NCBI GenBank assembly: GCA_902548635.1
Contig: CACCSH010000005.1
Location: 9,398-73,397, forward strand
DNA length: 64,000 bases
DNA from: an uncultured SAR116 cluster alpha proteobacterium
GTDB taxonomy: Bacteria; Pseudomonadota; Alphaproteobacteria; Puniceispirillales; Marisalimonadaceae
Direction: 5' to 3'
Below the pieces are notes generated by a model, which was given only the letters and a program-made list of their open reading frames with translations, searched no databases and was not told where the DNA came from. Of this stretch, positions 52,579-63,435 are shown one piece after another. Position 1 is the stretch's first letter. Each line of letters starts with the position of its first letter. The position numbers and the translations under genes were made by a program.

Positions 52579-54342
52579 TTATACTAATGCTAAACCTGCA
52601 TCTGACGTATCTTTTGACTTATCCTCAGATCCTAAAATCATCTCGTTATGAGCGGCACCAGAGGGTATCATTGGAAAGCAGTTTTCTTCTTTCTCAACTC
52701 TAATATCAGCAATTACTGGACCTTTAGTATTAATCATTTCATCAATTGTCTGGTCTAACTTATCTATTTCTTCAACTCTTAAACCTTTAATACCAAAACT
52801 TTTTGCTAGCATAACAAAATCAGGCAAAGATTCTGTATAACTTTCACTATATCTTGATCCATGATTTAATTCTTGCCATTGCCTAACCATACCCATCCAT
52901 TGATTGTTTAAAATAAAAATTTTAACTGGTAATTTATATTGGACAATTGTTGAAAGCTCTTGCATATTCATTAAAAACGAAGCTTCCCCAGAAATATCAA
53001 TAACCAAAGAATCTGGATGAGCTATTTGTACACCCATTGAAGATGGAAGACCATAACCCATAGTGCCTAAACCTCCAGAAGTCATCCAATGATTGGGTTT
53101 TGAAAACCCAAAATATTGGGCCGCCCACATCTGATGTTGACCAACTTCTGTAGTAACATAAGTGTCAATATGTTTTGTCTTTTCATATAAAGATTTTATA
53201 GCTTGTTGTGGCTTTATATTCTTGCCTATCTGTTTAAAACCCAGAGAATCTATCTCTTTCCATTCATTTATTTGAGCCCACCAATCTACTTTTGATTTCA
53301 ATTTTTTTTGGTTGTGTAACATTTTGATTTCTTGAATTAGTGTAGTTAAAACCTCTTTACAATCCCCAACTAAGCCAAAATCAACTGAAACGACTTTATT
53401 AATTGAAGATTTGTCTATATCTATATGAATTTTTTTTGATTTAGGAGCAAAAGCATTTAACCTACCTGTAACTCTATCATCAAAACGAGCACCAACATTA
53501 AGCATCACATCACAATTATGCATAGCCAAATTGGCTTCATAAGTTCCATGCATTCCAAGCATTCCTAAGAAATTTTTATGATCATTTGATACCGAACCTA
53601 ATCCCATCAATGTAAGTGTTACTGGTGAATTTAGTAAATCAACTAACTCTGTTAAAAGGTTTGATGCTTTAGGACCTGCATTTATTACTCCACCACCACC
53701 ATAAATAATAGGTCTTTCTGCACTTATAAGAAGCTCAGCAACTTTAGTAATTACTTTTTGATCAATCTTTGACTTATTTTTAATTAATTTATTTTTAGTT
53801 TTATTAATTTTTTTATCGTATTGAACCCTAGTAAGCTGAATATCTTTTGGCAAATCAATGAGCACTGGTCCTGGTCTTCCAGTTGAGGCAATTTCAAAAG
53901 ATTCATGAATAATATCACACAATTTGTCTGCATTTTTTACTAAGTAATTATGTTTAGTACATGGTCTTGAGATACCTGTAGTGTCAGCTTCTTGAAATGC
54001 GTCAGTTCCGATTAAATGAGTTGGCACTTGACCACTAAGACAGATAATAGGGATAGAATCCATAAGTGCATCAGTCAATCCTGTAATTGCATTAGTCGCA
54101 CCAGGTCCGGATGTAACCAAAACACAACCAACCTTTCCTGTTGATCGAGCATATCCCTCAGCTGCATGTACAGCTGCTTGTTCGTGTCTTACCAATATGT
54201 GTTTGATATTTTTATTATCAAATATAGCATCGTATAAAGGTAAAACAGCTCCCCCTGGGTATCCAAATATAACTTCTACACCATTTTCAACTAAAGCTTT
54301 TATTACAGCTTCCGCACCAGTAATTGTTTTATTTGCAGTCAT
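52579..54342 (-). CDS. ilvI: Acetolactate synthase large subunit
   Basis: [46 protein letters not shown]. Confidence 0.96.
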   Translation of the reverse strand: MTANKTITGAEAVIKALVENGVEVIFGYPGGAVLPLYDAIFDNKNIKHILVRHEQAAVHAAEGYARSTGKVGCVLVTSGPGATNAITGLTDALMDSIPIICLSGQVPTHLIGTDAFQEADTTGISRPCTKHNYLVKNADKLCDIIHESFEIASTGRPGPVLIDLPKDIQLTRVQYDKKINKTKNKLIKNKSKIDQKVITKVAELLISAERPIIYGGGGVINAGPKASNLLTELVDLLNSPVTLTLMGLGSVSNDHKNFLGMLGMHGTYEANLAMHNCDVMLNVGARFDDRVTGRLNAFAPKSKKIHIDIDKSSINKVVSVDFGLVGDCKEVLTTLIQEIKMLHNQKKLKSKVDWWAQINEWKEIDSLGFKQIGKNIKPQQAIKSLYEKTKHIDTYVTTEVGQHQMWAAQYFGFSKPNHWMTSGGLGTMGYGLPSSMGVQIAHPDSLVIDISGEASFLMNMQELSTIVQYKLPVKIFILNNQWMGMVRQWQELNHGSRYSESYTESLPDFVMLAKSFGIKGLRVEEIDKLDQTIDEMINTKGPVIADIRVEKEENCFPMIPSGAAHNEMILGSEDKSKDTSDAGLALV

Positions 54343-54454
54343 TTTTTTATAATTCTTCCATATTAATTAATCAAATTGGTTGTTAACAACAATTTTATAA
54401 ATCGTCAACATGTTAATATAAAATTATAATTATATTCATAAATACAAAATTTTA

Positions 54455-55378
54455 TTACAAATTTATTGTTTTATACGGAATATAATTGTGCATAAACCAT
54501 GTAAATTGTCTTTTAACATATCTTCTAGTATCTCTTTTACTTAATTTTACAGCCTCTTCATATGAAATGTTATTATCTAAATAACTTAAAAGCCATTTAA
54601 CTCCTAAACTCTTTGAAATGGGAAGTGACCTGTCAATATTTGAATTATGTAATTTTTTAACCTCATATATAGCCCCTTTAGCAAGCATGTCTTCAAATCT
54701 AATTTCACATTTTTTGTATATTGATTTTCGTTCTGATGTTATAAAAAATGAATAAATATTCTTGTTTACAGTTTTAACTCTAGGCTGCTCGTACCAGAAG
54801 GATATATTTTTTTTTGTTTGGAGAAAAATGCCATAAGCTCTGAGTAATCTATGTTTATCATTGTTATTTTGCATAAACCTAGAATCAATTTGAAAATTGA
54901 TTTGTCTAAACTTCTCAATCCCAACCTCATTGAATTTTATTAAACTTTGGTTTTTAATCGTTTCTGAAATTAATGGAATATTAACTAGGCCATTTATTAC
55001 GGCATTTATATATAGCCCTGAACCACCAACTAAAATAGGTATCTTATTTTTTAATTCTATTTGAGATAATGTTTTTTTTAGCTCAAAGAGCCAGTCTACG
55101 ACCGAATAATTGATATCAGAGTCTACATATCCATATAAAAAATGAGGAACTTTATTAATATCTACTTTTGATGGTCTCGCAGATAACAATAAAAGATCTT
55201 TATATAATTGAACTGAATCAGCATTGATTAGTACACCATTAATCTTTTTGGCTAATTCTATCGCTATTTTAGACTTTCCAACACCTGTAGGACCTGCAAT
55301 TATGATCATATCGTTAACAAAAGAATAATTATTCTTTGATAGATCAAACAATGTCTCAACATTCAACAAACTAGACAT
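54455..55378 (-). CDS. miaA: tRNA dimethylallyltransferase
   Basis: GPTGVGKS, NADSVQLY, VGGSGLY, TRRYVKRQFTW. Confidence 0.95.
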   Translation of the reverse strand: MSSLLNVETLFDLSKNNYSFVNDMIIIAGPTGVGKSKIAIELAKKINGVLINADSVQLYKDLLLLSARPSKVDINKVPHFLYGYVDSDINYSVVDWLFELKKTLSQIELKNKIPILVGGSGLYINAVINGLVNIPLISETIKNQSLIKFNEVGIEKFRQINFQIDSRFMQNNNDKHRLLRAYGIFLQTKKNISFWYEQPRVKTVNKNIYSFFITSERKSIYKKCEIRFEDMLAKGAIYEVKKLHNSNIDRSLPISKSLGVKWLLSYLDNNISYEEAVKLSKRDTRRYVKRQFTWFMHNYIPYKTINL

Positions 55379-55407
55379 AATAAATACAATAATATAATTA
55401 GAGCCTC

Positions 55408-56322
55408 ATGAAACAAATTTTATTAATTTCTAATACTACAGAAAAAAATATTGACAATAATATTCTAAATTATTTATCAAAAATATTTGAAGAAATATCA
55501 TTTAAAAAGACAAATTTTAGAGAATTAAGTCCACAAGGAGCTTATGAGTTAGAGCTTAAAAATGAGGAATTAAATTTAGAGCTTAAAAAATTTATTGAAA
55601 ATTTCCTTTTGCAAAATAATATTGACTGTAATTTTATAAAAGAAACAAAAGATAGGAAAAAAAAATTACTCTTAGCTGACATGGATAGCACTATTATTAA
55701 AGAAGAAAGTCTAGATGAACTTGCAAAGCAAATTGGCAAAGAAAAAGAAGTTATTAATATTACGAATGAGGCAATGAATGGCAAAATTGATTTTAAAAAA
55801 GCATTATTGGAAAGGGTAGCAATTCTTAAGGATCAACCAGCTGAGATATTAGAAAAATTAAAAAAAAGTATAAATATCAATGATGGAGCAATCGAGTTAA
55901 TTAAAACTATGAATCACAATAATTCAATTACTGTTCTTGTGTCTGGTGGTTTCACTTTTTTAACTGATTATTTAAAAAAATGCCTAGGTTTTGAACATGC
56001 ACATGCTAATTTACTTGAAATTTGCCCTAACAACTTAAACAAAATGTATCTAACTGGTAAAGTTATAAATCCAATTTTAGATAAACATGCAAAAGTTTGG
56101 TACTTAGATGATTATGTAAGAAAGAACAAACTAGATTATGAAGAGACAATATGTGTTGGAGATGGAGCAAATGATATTGAAATGATCAAAAAAGCTGGTT
56201 TAGGAGTTTCATATAATGGTAAAAAAATCTTAGAAAAGGAAGCCAACATTCATTTTAAAACAACAAACCTCTTAGGATTATTGTATGCACAAGGGTATAG
56301 TGACAACCAAATAATTTCCTGA
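55408..56322 (+). CDS. serB: Phosphoserine phosphatase
   Basis: ADMDSTII, LVSGGF, GDGAND HAD motifs. Confidence 0.94.
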   Translation: MKQILLISNTTEKNIDNNILNYLSKIFEEISFKKTNFRELSPQGAYELELKNEELNLELKKFIENFLLQNNIDCNFIKETKDRKKKLLLADMDSTIIKEESLDELAKQIGKEKEVINITNEAMNGKIDFKKALLERVAILKDQPAEILEKLKKSININDGAIELIKTMNHNNSITVLVSGGFTFLTDYLKKCLGFEHAHANLLEICPNNLNKMYLTGKVINPILDKHAKVWYLDDYVRKNKLDYEETICVGDGANDIEMIKKAGLGVSYNGKKILEKEANIHFKTTNLLGLLYAQGYSDNQIIS

Positions 56323-56328
56323 TTTTTT

Positions 56329-57771
56329 TTATTTTAACTCCAATGCAACAAATCTACTGCCATTTTCAACCTTTACTAATAATAATAAGGCCTTTCTCTT
56401 CTGTTTTCGAGCATTCTTAATTGCTTCATCAATAACTTTAAGAGAATTAACCTCAATCTGACCTACCCTAATAATAACCATACCAGCTGTAAGACCAGCA
56501 TCTTGGGCAGAACTATTCTCTTTAACAGATGTAATTATGACACCTTTATCAATGTTCTTAAGTTTGAATTTTGACATATTTTGGCTGTTTAACTCTTCAG
56601 CAACAAACCCTAGTTTATCATATTGCTTAGATTTTGCGTCTTTAGAACTTGTTTTACCTATTAAATTTTCTTTCTCAGCTAATTCAAGCTCACCTAATTT
56701 TACGTTAAGAGTTAATTCGTTGCCGTTTCTTAAGATTACCAATGGAACAGATTTACCGACGGGGGTTCCAGCAACAACTTTTGGTAACTCTTTCATATTT
56801 TTAATTTCAATATTATTAAATTTTAATATAACGTCTCCAGTTTTCACACCAGCTTTTTCAGCAGGACCACCCTCAGTAGCTGAAGAAACCAATGCACCTT
56901 TTGCTGTTTTCATACCTAAACTATCAGCAATTTCTTTAGAAATTTCTTGAATAAGTACACCAAGCCAACCCCTTTTTGTTCTACCAAATTCCTTGAGTTG
57001 ATCTGTAACTTGTTTAGCTAAATTGGATGACACTGCAAATCCAATTCCAACTGATCCACCAGATTGGGAGAAAATGGCAGTATTAATACCTACTACCTTG
57101 CCATTCATATCAAATAGTGGGCCACCTGAATTACCTCTATTAATTGATGCATCAGTCTGAATGTAATCATCATATGAACCTGACAAATTTCTACCCCTCG
57201 CAGATACGATACCAGCTGTAACTGTACCACCAAATCCAAAAGGATTTCCAATTGCCATCACCCAATCTCCTACTCTAAGATCATTAGAGTCAGCAAATTT
57301 TACAGCTTTAAGCTTTGTTTTCTTAGGCTCAATTTTTAAAAGGGCAACATCTGTTTTTGGATCCTTACCGACAACTTTAGCCTCAAAGGACGTGTCATCA
57401 TACAGGATAACCATAATTTTTTCAGCATTGTCTATTACATGATTATTAGTAATAATATATCCAGTTTCATCTATGATAAAACCTGAACCTAAAGATTGAG
57501 CTCTTCTTTTTTTACCATTTGGCTTTTCAAATTGTTTAAAAAAATCTTCAAATGGAGAACCTGGTGGAAAAGATGGCATTTCTCTGGATTTCTGTTCAAT
57601 AACTGTAGTCGTGGAAATATTCACGACAGAAGGACTCAGTTTTTCAGCAAGATCTGCAAAACTTTCAGGGGCACTTTTAGCACTGGCTAGATTAATTGAA
57701 AAAAGTAATACAAAAATATTAACGCTAAGTATTAGACCATAATTCTTAAAACAATTTGATATATGAGACAT
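56329..57771 (-). CDS. degP: HtrA/Do serine protease with two PDZ domains
   Basis: GSGFII, TNNHV, QTDASINRGNSGGPL. Confidence 0.93.
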   Translation of the reverse strand: MSHISNCFKNYGLILSVNIFVLLFSINLASAKSAPESFADLAEKLSPSVVNISTTTVIEQKSREMPSFPPGSPFEDFFKQFEKPNGKKRRAQSLGSGFIIDETGYIITNNHVIDNAEKIMVILYDDTSFEAKVVGKDPKTDVALLKIEPKKTKLKAVKFADSNDLRVGDWVMAIGNPFGFGGTVTAGIVSARGRNLSGSYDDYIQTDASINRGNSGGPLFDMNGKVVGINTAIFSQSGGSVGIGFAVSSNLAKQVTDQLKEFGRTKRGWLGVLIQEISKEIADSLGMKTAKGALVSSATEGGPAEKAGVKTGDVILKFNNIEIKNMKELPKVVAGTPVGKSVPLVILRNGNELTLNVKLGELELAEKENLIGKTSSKDAKSKQYDKLGFVAEELNSQNMSKFKLKNIDKGVIITSVKENSSAQDAGLTAGMVIIRVGQIEVNSLKVIDEAIKNARKQKRKALLLLVKVENGSRFVALELK

Positions 57772-57885
57772 GTGTTCACCGTATTATTAATTTAATATTT
57801 AATACCTATACAAAAAGGCAGATTTAAGGCTAAACCTTGGAGCTATTTTGAAAGTTTAATAAGAAAGAATTTATTTTATTATAAC

Positions 57886-58755
57886 CTAATTACCCGTTTG
57901 TTTGCCAAAAAAACTAAAAAAATCACTGTCAGGACTCAATAACATTGTTGTTCCGTCGTCAGAAAAAGTATTTTCATATGCAAGCATTGATCGGTAAAAC
58001 TTAAAAAACTTTTCATCTTGACCAAAAGAGTCTGAATATATTTTAATTGCAAGTGCGTCTCCATCCCCTCTCAGTGCTTCAGCTTTTCTTTTACTTTCAG
58101 CAACTAAAACTACTTTAGTTTTTTCAGCAATAGCTCTAATCTTTTGGGCTTCTTCAGCGCCTTCAGCTCTAAATTCTTTCGCTTCTTGTTCTCTTTCTGT
58201 TTTCATTCTATTAAAAATATTCTGACTTGTAGCTTCTGGGTAATCCGCCCTTCTGATACGAACATCAACAATTTCCATACCTAATTTTTTTATTGTAGAG
58301 TTAACTTCTCCACTTATATCTTCAACTATTTTTGTTCTTGCGTCAGACAAAATTGCTGTGAGTTCAAACTTTCCAAAAACTCTCCTAACCGATGAATCAA
58401 TAATTGATTCTAAACGTTGGCGCGCACCAAATTCGTTTCTAACTGTTTGATAAAATAAAAGAGGGTCAATAATTTTAAATCTTGAATAAGTATCTACCTC
58501 AAGTCTTTTTTGATCAGCTAAAATAACCTCTTCAGAGTCTTTTGATACCAAGGATAAGACTCTCTTTTCGAAATATGTAACTTCTTGTATGAATGGTATT
58601 TTAAAATTTAATCCAGGCTTATTAACAAGTCTTTTAGGTTCACCAAATTGTAGAACTAACGCTTGCTGTGTTTGATCAACAGTAAAGAAAGAACTTAAAA
58701 GACCAAATAAAAATATTAATACACTTGTACCAGTTATTAATTTATAAGTAGACAT
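57886..58755 (-). CDS. hflC: FtsH modulator HflC
   Basis: SPFH domain, LVLQFG, FFKFYRS. Confidence 0.94.
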   Translation of the reverse strand: MSTYKLITGTSVLIFLFGLLSSFFTVDQTQQALVLQFGEPKRLVNKPGLNFKIPFIQEVTYFEKRVLSLVSKDSEEVILADQKRLEVDTYSRFKIIDPLLFYQTVRNEFGARQRLESIIDSSVRRVFGKFELTAILSDARTKIVEDISGEVNSTIKKLGMEIVDVRIRRADYPEATSQNIFNRMKTEREQEAKEFRAEGAEEAQKIRAIAEKTKVVLVAESKRKAEALRGDGDALAIKIYSDSFGQDEKFFKFYRSMLAYENTFSDDGTTMLLSPDSDFFSFFGKQTGN

Positions 58756-59852
58756 TATTTATCACCTTTTTGCTTTAGTTGATCTAATGGAAGGTAAGGA
58801 ACAACCCCTGATGAGCTTGCAGACTTATCCATTATGATTTTTTTAACTCTTGAAAATACTTTCTCCATAGTTTCTAGATATATTCTGGACTCAGTCACTT
58901 CAGGGTTTAATTTATAACTATTATATATAGAGTTAAATCTATCCGCGTCACCTTTAGCTCTATTAACAACCTCACTTGCGTAAGCTTCGGCTTCAGAAAT
59001 TAACTGTGCGGCTTCACCTCGAGCCCTTGGCACGATGTCATTTCTAAAAGCTTCAGCTTCGTTAATTAGAGTATCTCTATCCTGCCTAGCTCTTTGAACA
59101 TCATTAAATGCATCGATAACTTCAGCTGGTGGATCAACTGATAAAAGTTGTACATCTCTTATCTCAACTCCAGCCTCATATTCATTTAATAGTTCTTGGA
59201 GCATGTTTTTAGCTTTTAATTGAATATCTTGCCTACCACCCGTTAGAGCAGTTTGTATTTTTGTTTGACCGATAATATCTCTCATTACTGACTGCGCTGC
59301 TACCTTTACTGTTTCAGGAGGGTCTTGTATGTTAAATAAGTAAGCTCCAGCATCAGCAATTTTCCAAAATACAATAAAGTCAATGTCAATATTGTTTTCA
59401 TCACCTGTAATCATCTTAGATTCATCTGGAACATCTCTTCTACTAGTAGCGGCTCCGCCAAATGATCTATAACCCACTTCGATTCTATTATCCCTAGTAA
59501 CGTCAGGAGTCATAACTTTTTCGATTGGAGTTGGTAAATGATAATGTAAACCTGGAGGGGTTGTCCTTACCCATTCACCAAATCTCATTACTACACCTTG
59601 TTGTTGAGGATTAACTCTATATATTCCTGTCATTAGCCAAATTCCCAAAAGGATAAATAATAATATAGTAATTCCTTTACCGCCTCCAAATCCAGTAGGC
59701 ATCATTTTTTTTAACTTATCTTTACTTTCTTTAAGCATTTGGTCAACATCAGGGGGAGTTCCATTAGAATTAGGTTTTTTACCCCAAGGATTTTGATTTC
59801 CACCATTGCCCCAAGGGCCGGAACCGTTGTCATTGATATTATTGATTATCAT
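58755..59852 (-). CDS. hflK: FtsH modulator HflK (start revised to 59852)
   Basis: GPWG/NPWG N-terminus, MITGDEN, PRARGEA, RIYLETME. Confidence 0.94.
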   Translation of the reverse strand: MIINNINDNGSGPWGNGGNQNPWGKKPNSNGTPPDVDQMLKESKDKLKKMMPTGFGGGKGITILLFILLGIWLMTGIYRVNPQQQGVVMRFGEWVRTTPPGLHYHLPTPIEKVMTPDVTRDNRIEVGYRSFGGAATSRRDVPDESKMITGDENNIDIDFIVFWKIADAGAYLFNIQDPPETVKVAAQSVMRDIIGQTKIQTALTGGRQDIQLKAKNMLQELLNEYEAGVEIRDVQLLSVDPPAEVIDAFNDVQRARQDRDTLINEAEAFRNDIVPRARGEAAQLISEAEAYASEVVNRAKGDADRFNSIYNSYKLNPEVTESRIYLETMEKVFSRVKKIIMDKSASSSGVVPYLPLDQLKQKGDK

Positions 59853-59983
59853 AATTATAACTCCAGAAGCATTAAAGCTAGTTAACAAGTTTAGCGAAAC
59901 TTATCTTTGAATTTGTATGGTAGATATTTGCACTGTAGTATAAAATTACAACCTTTATATAAAATTATTTCTGGACAAATAAA

Positions 59984-61054
59984 ATGGATAATAAAAAATT
60001 AGATGAAATCATCACAATACTGAGGTCTGTTGTTCTTCAAAATCAATCAAATAATATATATGATAGCAAGTATGTTACTGGATTAAATTTTGAGAAAAAT
60101 AAGATTCATTTTACCCTTGAACTTCTGCCTGAACAATTAAAAGAATCTCAGCAAATTAAAAACTTTATTCAAGAAAAATTATTGTTAATCAAACAAGTTG
60201 AAAAAGTAGAAATTATATTGACTGCCCATAATACAAATAAAGAGAATAAAAGTTCACAAAATGCTCCTTTAAAACCTGCAAAATATATTATTGCAGTCGC
60301 GAGTGGTAAAGGCGGCGTAGGAAAATCAACTACTGCAATTAATGTCGCTCTATCACTATTAAAATTAAAATATAATGTTGGTATTCTAGATGCTGATATT
60401 TATGGACCAAGCCTTCCAAAATTAACAGGTATATCCAATAAGCCAAAAAGTAACGGAAAAAAAATAGTTCCACATAATGCATTTGGTTTACAAGCAATGT
60501 CCATTGGCTACTTAGTACCTGAAGACGCTGCAACAATTTGGCGAGGCCCTATGGTCATGAGCGCTGTTGAACAACTGCTGAGAGATGTAGATTGGCAAAA
60601 TCTTGATATTTTAATAATAGATATGCCTCCAGGAACTGGTGATGCTCAATTAACACTTTCTCAAAGAGTAAAATTGGCTGGTGCAATTATTGTTTCTACT
60701 CCCCAAGATTTGTCATTAATAGATGCCCGAAAAGGACTAAACATGTTTAAAAAAGTTAATGTTCCCATTTTAGGTATAATTGAAAATATGAGCTATTTCC
60801 AATGTACTAACTGCGATACTAAACATGAAATTTTTGGTAATGGTGGAGCAAAAGCTGAAGCTCAAAAATTAGGTGTACCTTTTTTAAATGAAATTCCTCT
60901 TGATATAAGCTTAAGAACATCATCTGATGACGGAAATCCAATTGTACAAAAAGAACCAAACAGCATTATTTCACAAAAATATATGGAAATTGGATCTAAA
61001 ATAATAAAAACAATGGAACTAGAAGAAAAAACTAGTCCAAGAATTATTCAATAA
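59984..61054 (+). CDS. mrp: Mrp/ApbC Fe-S carrier ATPase
   Basis: SGKGGVGKST, DADIYGPS, WRGPM, DMPPGTGD, ENMSYFQC..C. Confidence 0.95.
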   Translation: MDNKKLDEIITILRSVVLQNQSNNIYDSKYVTGLNFEKNKIHFTLELLPEQLKESQQIKNFIQEKLLLIKQVEKVEIILTAHNTNKENKSSQNAPLKPAKYIIAVASGKGGVGKSTTAINVALSLLKLKYNVGILDADIYGPSLPKLTGISNKPKSNGKKIVPHNAFGLQAMSIGYLVPEDAATIWRGPMVMSAVEQLLRDVDWQNLDILIIDMPPGTGDAQLTLSQRVKLAGAIIVSTPQDLSLIDARKGLNMFKKVNVPILGIIENMSYFQCTNCDTKHEIFGNGGAKAEAQKLGVPFLNEIPLDISLRTSSDDGNPIVQKEPNSIISQKYMEIGSKIIKTMELEEKTSPRIIQ

Positions 61055-61060
61055 TCATCT

Positions 61061-61609
61061 TTAAATAATCCTACTATAATGCCAATAACTAAACTCAGGT
61101 GAATTACTAGTTGCTTGAAAAGATTCAAGTTTTGTTTTTTTCCAATCATTTTCTTTCAATTTTGGAAACTTCGATCCTGACACTGCACAAAAATTTACCT
61201 TTGTCATTTCAATAGTATCACAATACTCTAATCCAATCTCATATATTTGAGCGCCACCAAATAAGAATATTTTATCTTGTGTGGCTTTATTTCCCATTTT
61301 TTTATTTGCTTCGATCCAAATATTGGCCTCTATGATAGCATTGTCGAAAGAATTTGTTACTATTGCTCCTTCCGCCTTCCAAGAAAGAGATTTAGTCAGA
61401 ACTATGCTTGCTCTTCCAGGTAAAGGCCTACCAATTGAGTCCCAAGTTTTTCTTCCCATTATCAAAGGTGTACCCATTGTGATTGTTTTTAATCTTTTTA
61501 AATCACCAGGCAAATGCCAGAGTAAATCATTACCATCTCCAATAACTCTATTTTGATTCATTGCAACAATACAAACAATAGGATTTTTTAAATCTTTTTT
61601 TCTTATCAT
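61061..61609 (-). CDS. folA: Dihydrofolate reductase
   Basis: VIG..LLWHLPGDL, MGRKTWDSIGRPLPGR, GGAQIY. Confidence 0.95.
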   Translation of the reverse strand: MIRKKDLKNPIVCIVAMNQNRVIGDGNDLLWHLPGDLKRLKTITMGTPLIMGRKTWDSIGRPLPGRASIVLTKSLSWKAEGAIVTNSFDNAIIEANIWIEANKKMGNKATQDKIFLFGGAQIYEIGLEYCDTIEMTKVNFCAVSGSKFPKLKENDWKKTKLESFQATSNSPEFSYWHYSRII

Positions 61610-62404
61610 TTAAACGGCTACCGGAGCAGATATATGAGGATGAGGGTCATAATTAATAATTTCAATATCTTCAAAAACAAAATCATTAATATTAGTATGT
61701 TTTTTCAAAAGTTTTATTTGTGGTTTGTTTTTTATTGTTCTTGACAATTGTTTTTTAGCTTGTTCAAAATGATTATTATATAAATGAGCATCCCCCAAAG
61801 TATGCACAAAATCACCAACTGATATATCACACACATTTGCTATCATATGCGTTAAAATTGCGTAGGATGCTATATTAAATGGAACACCAAGAAAGATATC
61901 TGCACTCCTCTGATATAACTGACAAGATAATTTATTGTCAGCTACATAAAATTGAAAAAGACAATGACAAGGTGGTAATGCCATAGACCCCACATCTGAT
62001 GGATTCCAAGCCGACACAATCATTCTTCTTGAATTTGGATTATTCTTAATCTCACTAATCACATCATGTAATTGGTCAAGCTTTCTTCCTTCAGGTGTAA
62101 TCCATCTTCTCCATTGTTTACCGTATACAGGTCCAAGGTCCCCATTTTCATCAGCCCACTCATCCCATATCGATACATTGTTGTCTTTTAAATAAGATAT
62201 ATTTGTATCACCTCTTATAAACCATAAAAGTTCATGTATAATTGACCTTAAATGCAGTTTTTTTGTAGTCAGCAAAGGAAATCCTTTGTTCAAATCAAAA
62301 CGCATTTGCCAACCAAAAACAGATTTGGTCCCCGTTCCAGTTCTATCTTCCTTGACATTTCCGTGTTTTAATACGTAGTCTAACAAATCTAAATATTGCT
62401 TCAT
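61610..62404 (-). CDS. thyA: Thymidylate synthase
   Basis: DRTGTGT, MALPPCH, YQRSAD, PFNIASY. Confidence 0.98.
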   Translation of the reverse strand: MKQYLDLLDYVLKHGNVKEDRTGTGTKSVFGWQMRFDLNKGFPLLTTKKLHLRSIIHELLWFIRGDTNISYLKDNNVSIWDEWADENGDLGPVYGKQWRRWITPEGRKLDQLHDVISEIKNNPNSRRMIVSAWNPSDVGSMALPPCHCLFQFYVADNKLSCQLYQRSADIFLGVPFNIASYAILTHMIANVCDISVGDFVHTLGDAHLYNNHFEQAKKQLSRTIKNKPQIKLLKKHTNINDFVFEDIEIINYDPHPHISAPVAV

Positions 62405-62502
62405 TCAAATATCTCAACCTATAATTCTTTAAAACTTTCTTAATGTGGTCTTTAATAAAAAAAATAAATAATGTATACTAAAAAAGTCATTTTAATGACT
62501 AT

Positions 62503-62780
62503 AGTGATAAACATTTTTTAGAATAAGCTTAGCGGACCCGGGGGCGGTACCCGGCGCCTCCACCAAACATTTATGGGGGCGAAATAGGATCGACGCATGT
62601 AGTAAAAATCAAACTTTCACTCGGTATTGTACCACCGTTATCGGACTACTTTAATAGTTGCAAATGACAACTATGCTCCGGTAGCTGCAGCAGCGTAAGC
62701 AGCCAAAGCAACCGAAACTTAGTCCAATTCTATAGCTAGAATTGGCGGGGTTTCAGTTTACCTGGCAACAGAAAAACTTG
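62503..62780 (+). ncRNA. ssrA: Permuted two-piece tmRNA (outer ends approximate); tag ANDNYAPVAAAA*
   Basis: T-arm and acceptor 3' end ...CGCCTCCACCA ends at 62565; 9-nt intervening segment; GGGGGCGAAATAGGATCGAC begins at 62575; tag ORF 62660-62698. Confidence 0.95.
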
Positions 62781-62782
62781 GG

Positions 62783-62810
62783 TGGCGAGAAGTTTACTTC
62801 TCGCCATTTT
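62783..62810 (+). terminator. Rho-independent terminator after ssrA
   Basis: TGGCGAGAAG-TTTA-CTTCTCGCCA 10-bp stem followed by TTTT. Confidence 0.85.
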
Positions 62811-62891
62811 ATCTGAGAAATTCCAAATTTATCTTGAAAAAGTTATCTTTAGAAATGTAGAATACATAAAAAAAATTTAGGATATATTTTA

Positions 62892-63407
62892 GTGAATAAT
62901 AACGATGACGGTACACTAAACATTAAGGGTTTTGATTATGATGATTTAGTAGAAGAAAGCCTTAAAAATGTAGTTAAGAAAGTATTAAAAATTACAGCTG
63001 AGACTGGTCTTGTAGGAAACAGTCATTTTTTTATTTCTTTTAATGGGAATGATAATGAAGTCATTGTCCCAGATGAATTAAAAAGTACTGATAGTTCTGA
63101 AATTAAGATAATTATTCAACATCAGTTTTGGGATTTAAAAGCAACTGACGAACATTTTGAGGTGACTTTATCTTTTAATGGTCAAAAGAAAAATATTCAT
63201 GTTCCTTATAAAGCAATAACGTCTTTTACTGATCCTTCAGTAGGATTTGGTCTACAATTTAAAGTTGAAGAAAAAGAAATAATCTCTAATGAAGAAAAGA
63301 AAGATGAGAATATTGTATTAGAAAATAAAAAAAACCAAACAAAACTGACAAATGAAACTGGATCTGGAGAAATTATTTCTCTTAATGAGTTCAGAGATAA
63401 AAAATAA
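62892..63407 (+). CDS. sspB: ClpXP adaptor SspB (alphaproteobacterial type)
   Basis: HFFISF, IIIQHQFWDL, FEVTLSFNG, F.DPSV.FGLQF, C-terminal IISLNEFRDKK; next to ssrA. Confidence 0.93.
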   Translation: MNNNDDGTLNIKGFDYDDLVEESLKNVVKKVLKITAETGLVGNSHFFISFNGNDNEVIVPDELKSTDSSEIKIIIQHQFWDLKATDEHFEVTLSFNGQKKNIHVPYKAITSFTDPSVGFGLQFKVEEKEIISNEEKKDENIVLENKKNQTKLTNETGSGEIISLNEFRDKK

Positions 63408-63435
63408 ATGTTATTATCTGAAATAGGAGTTTTTT

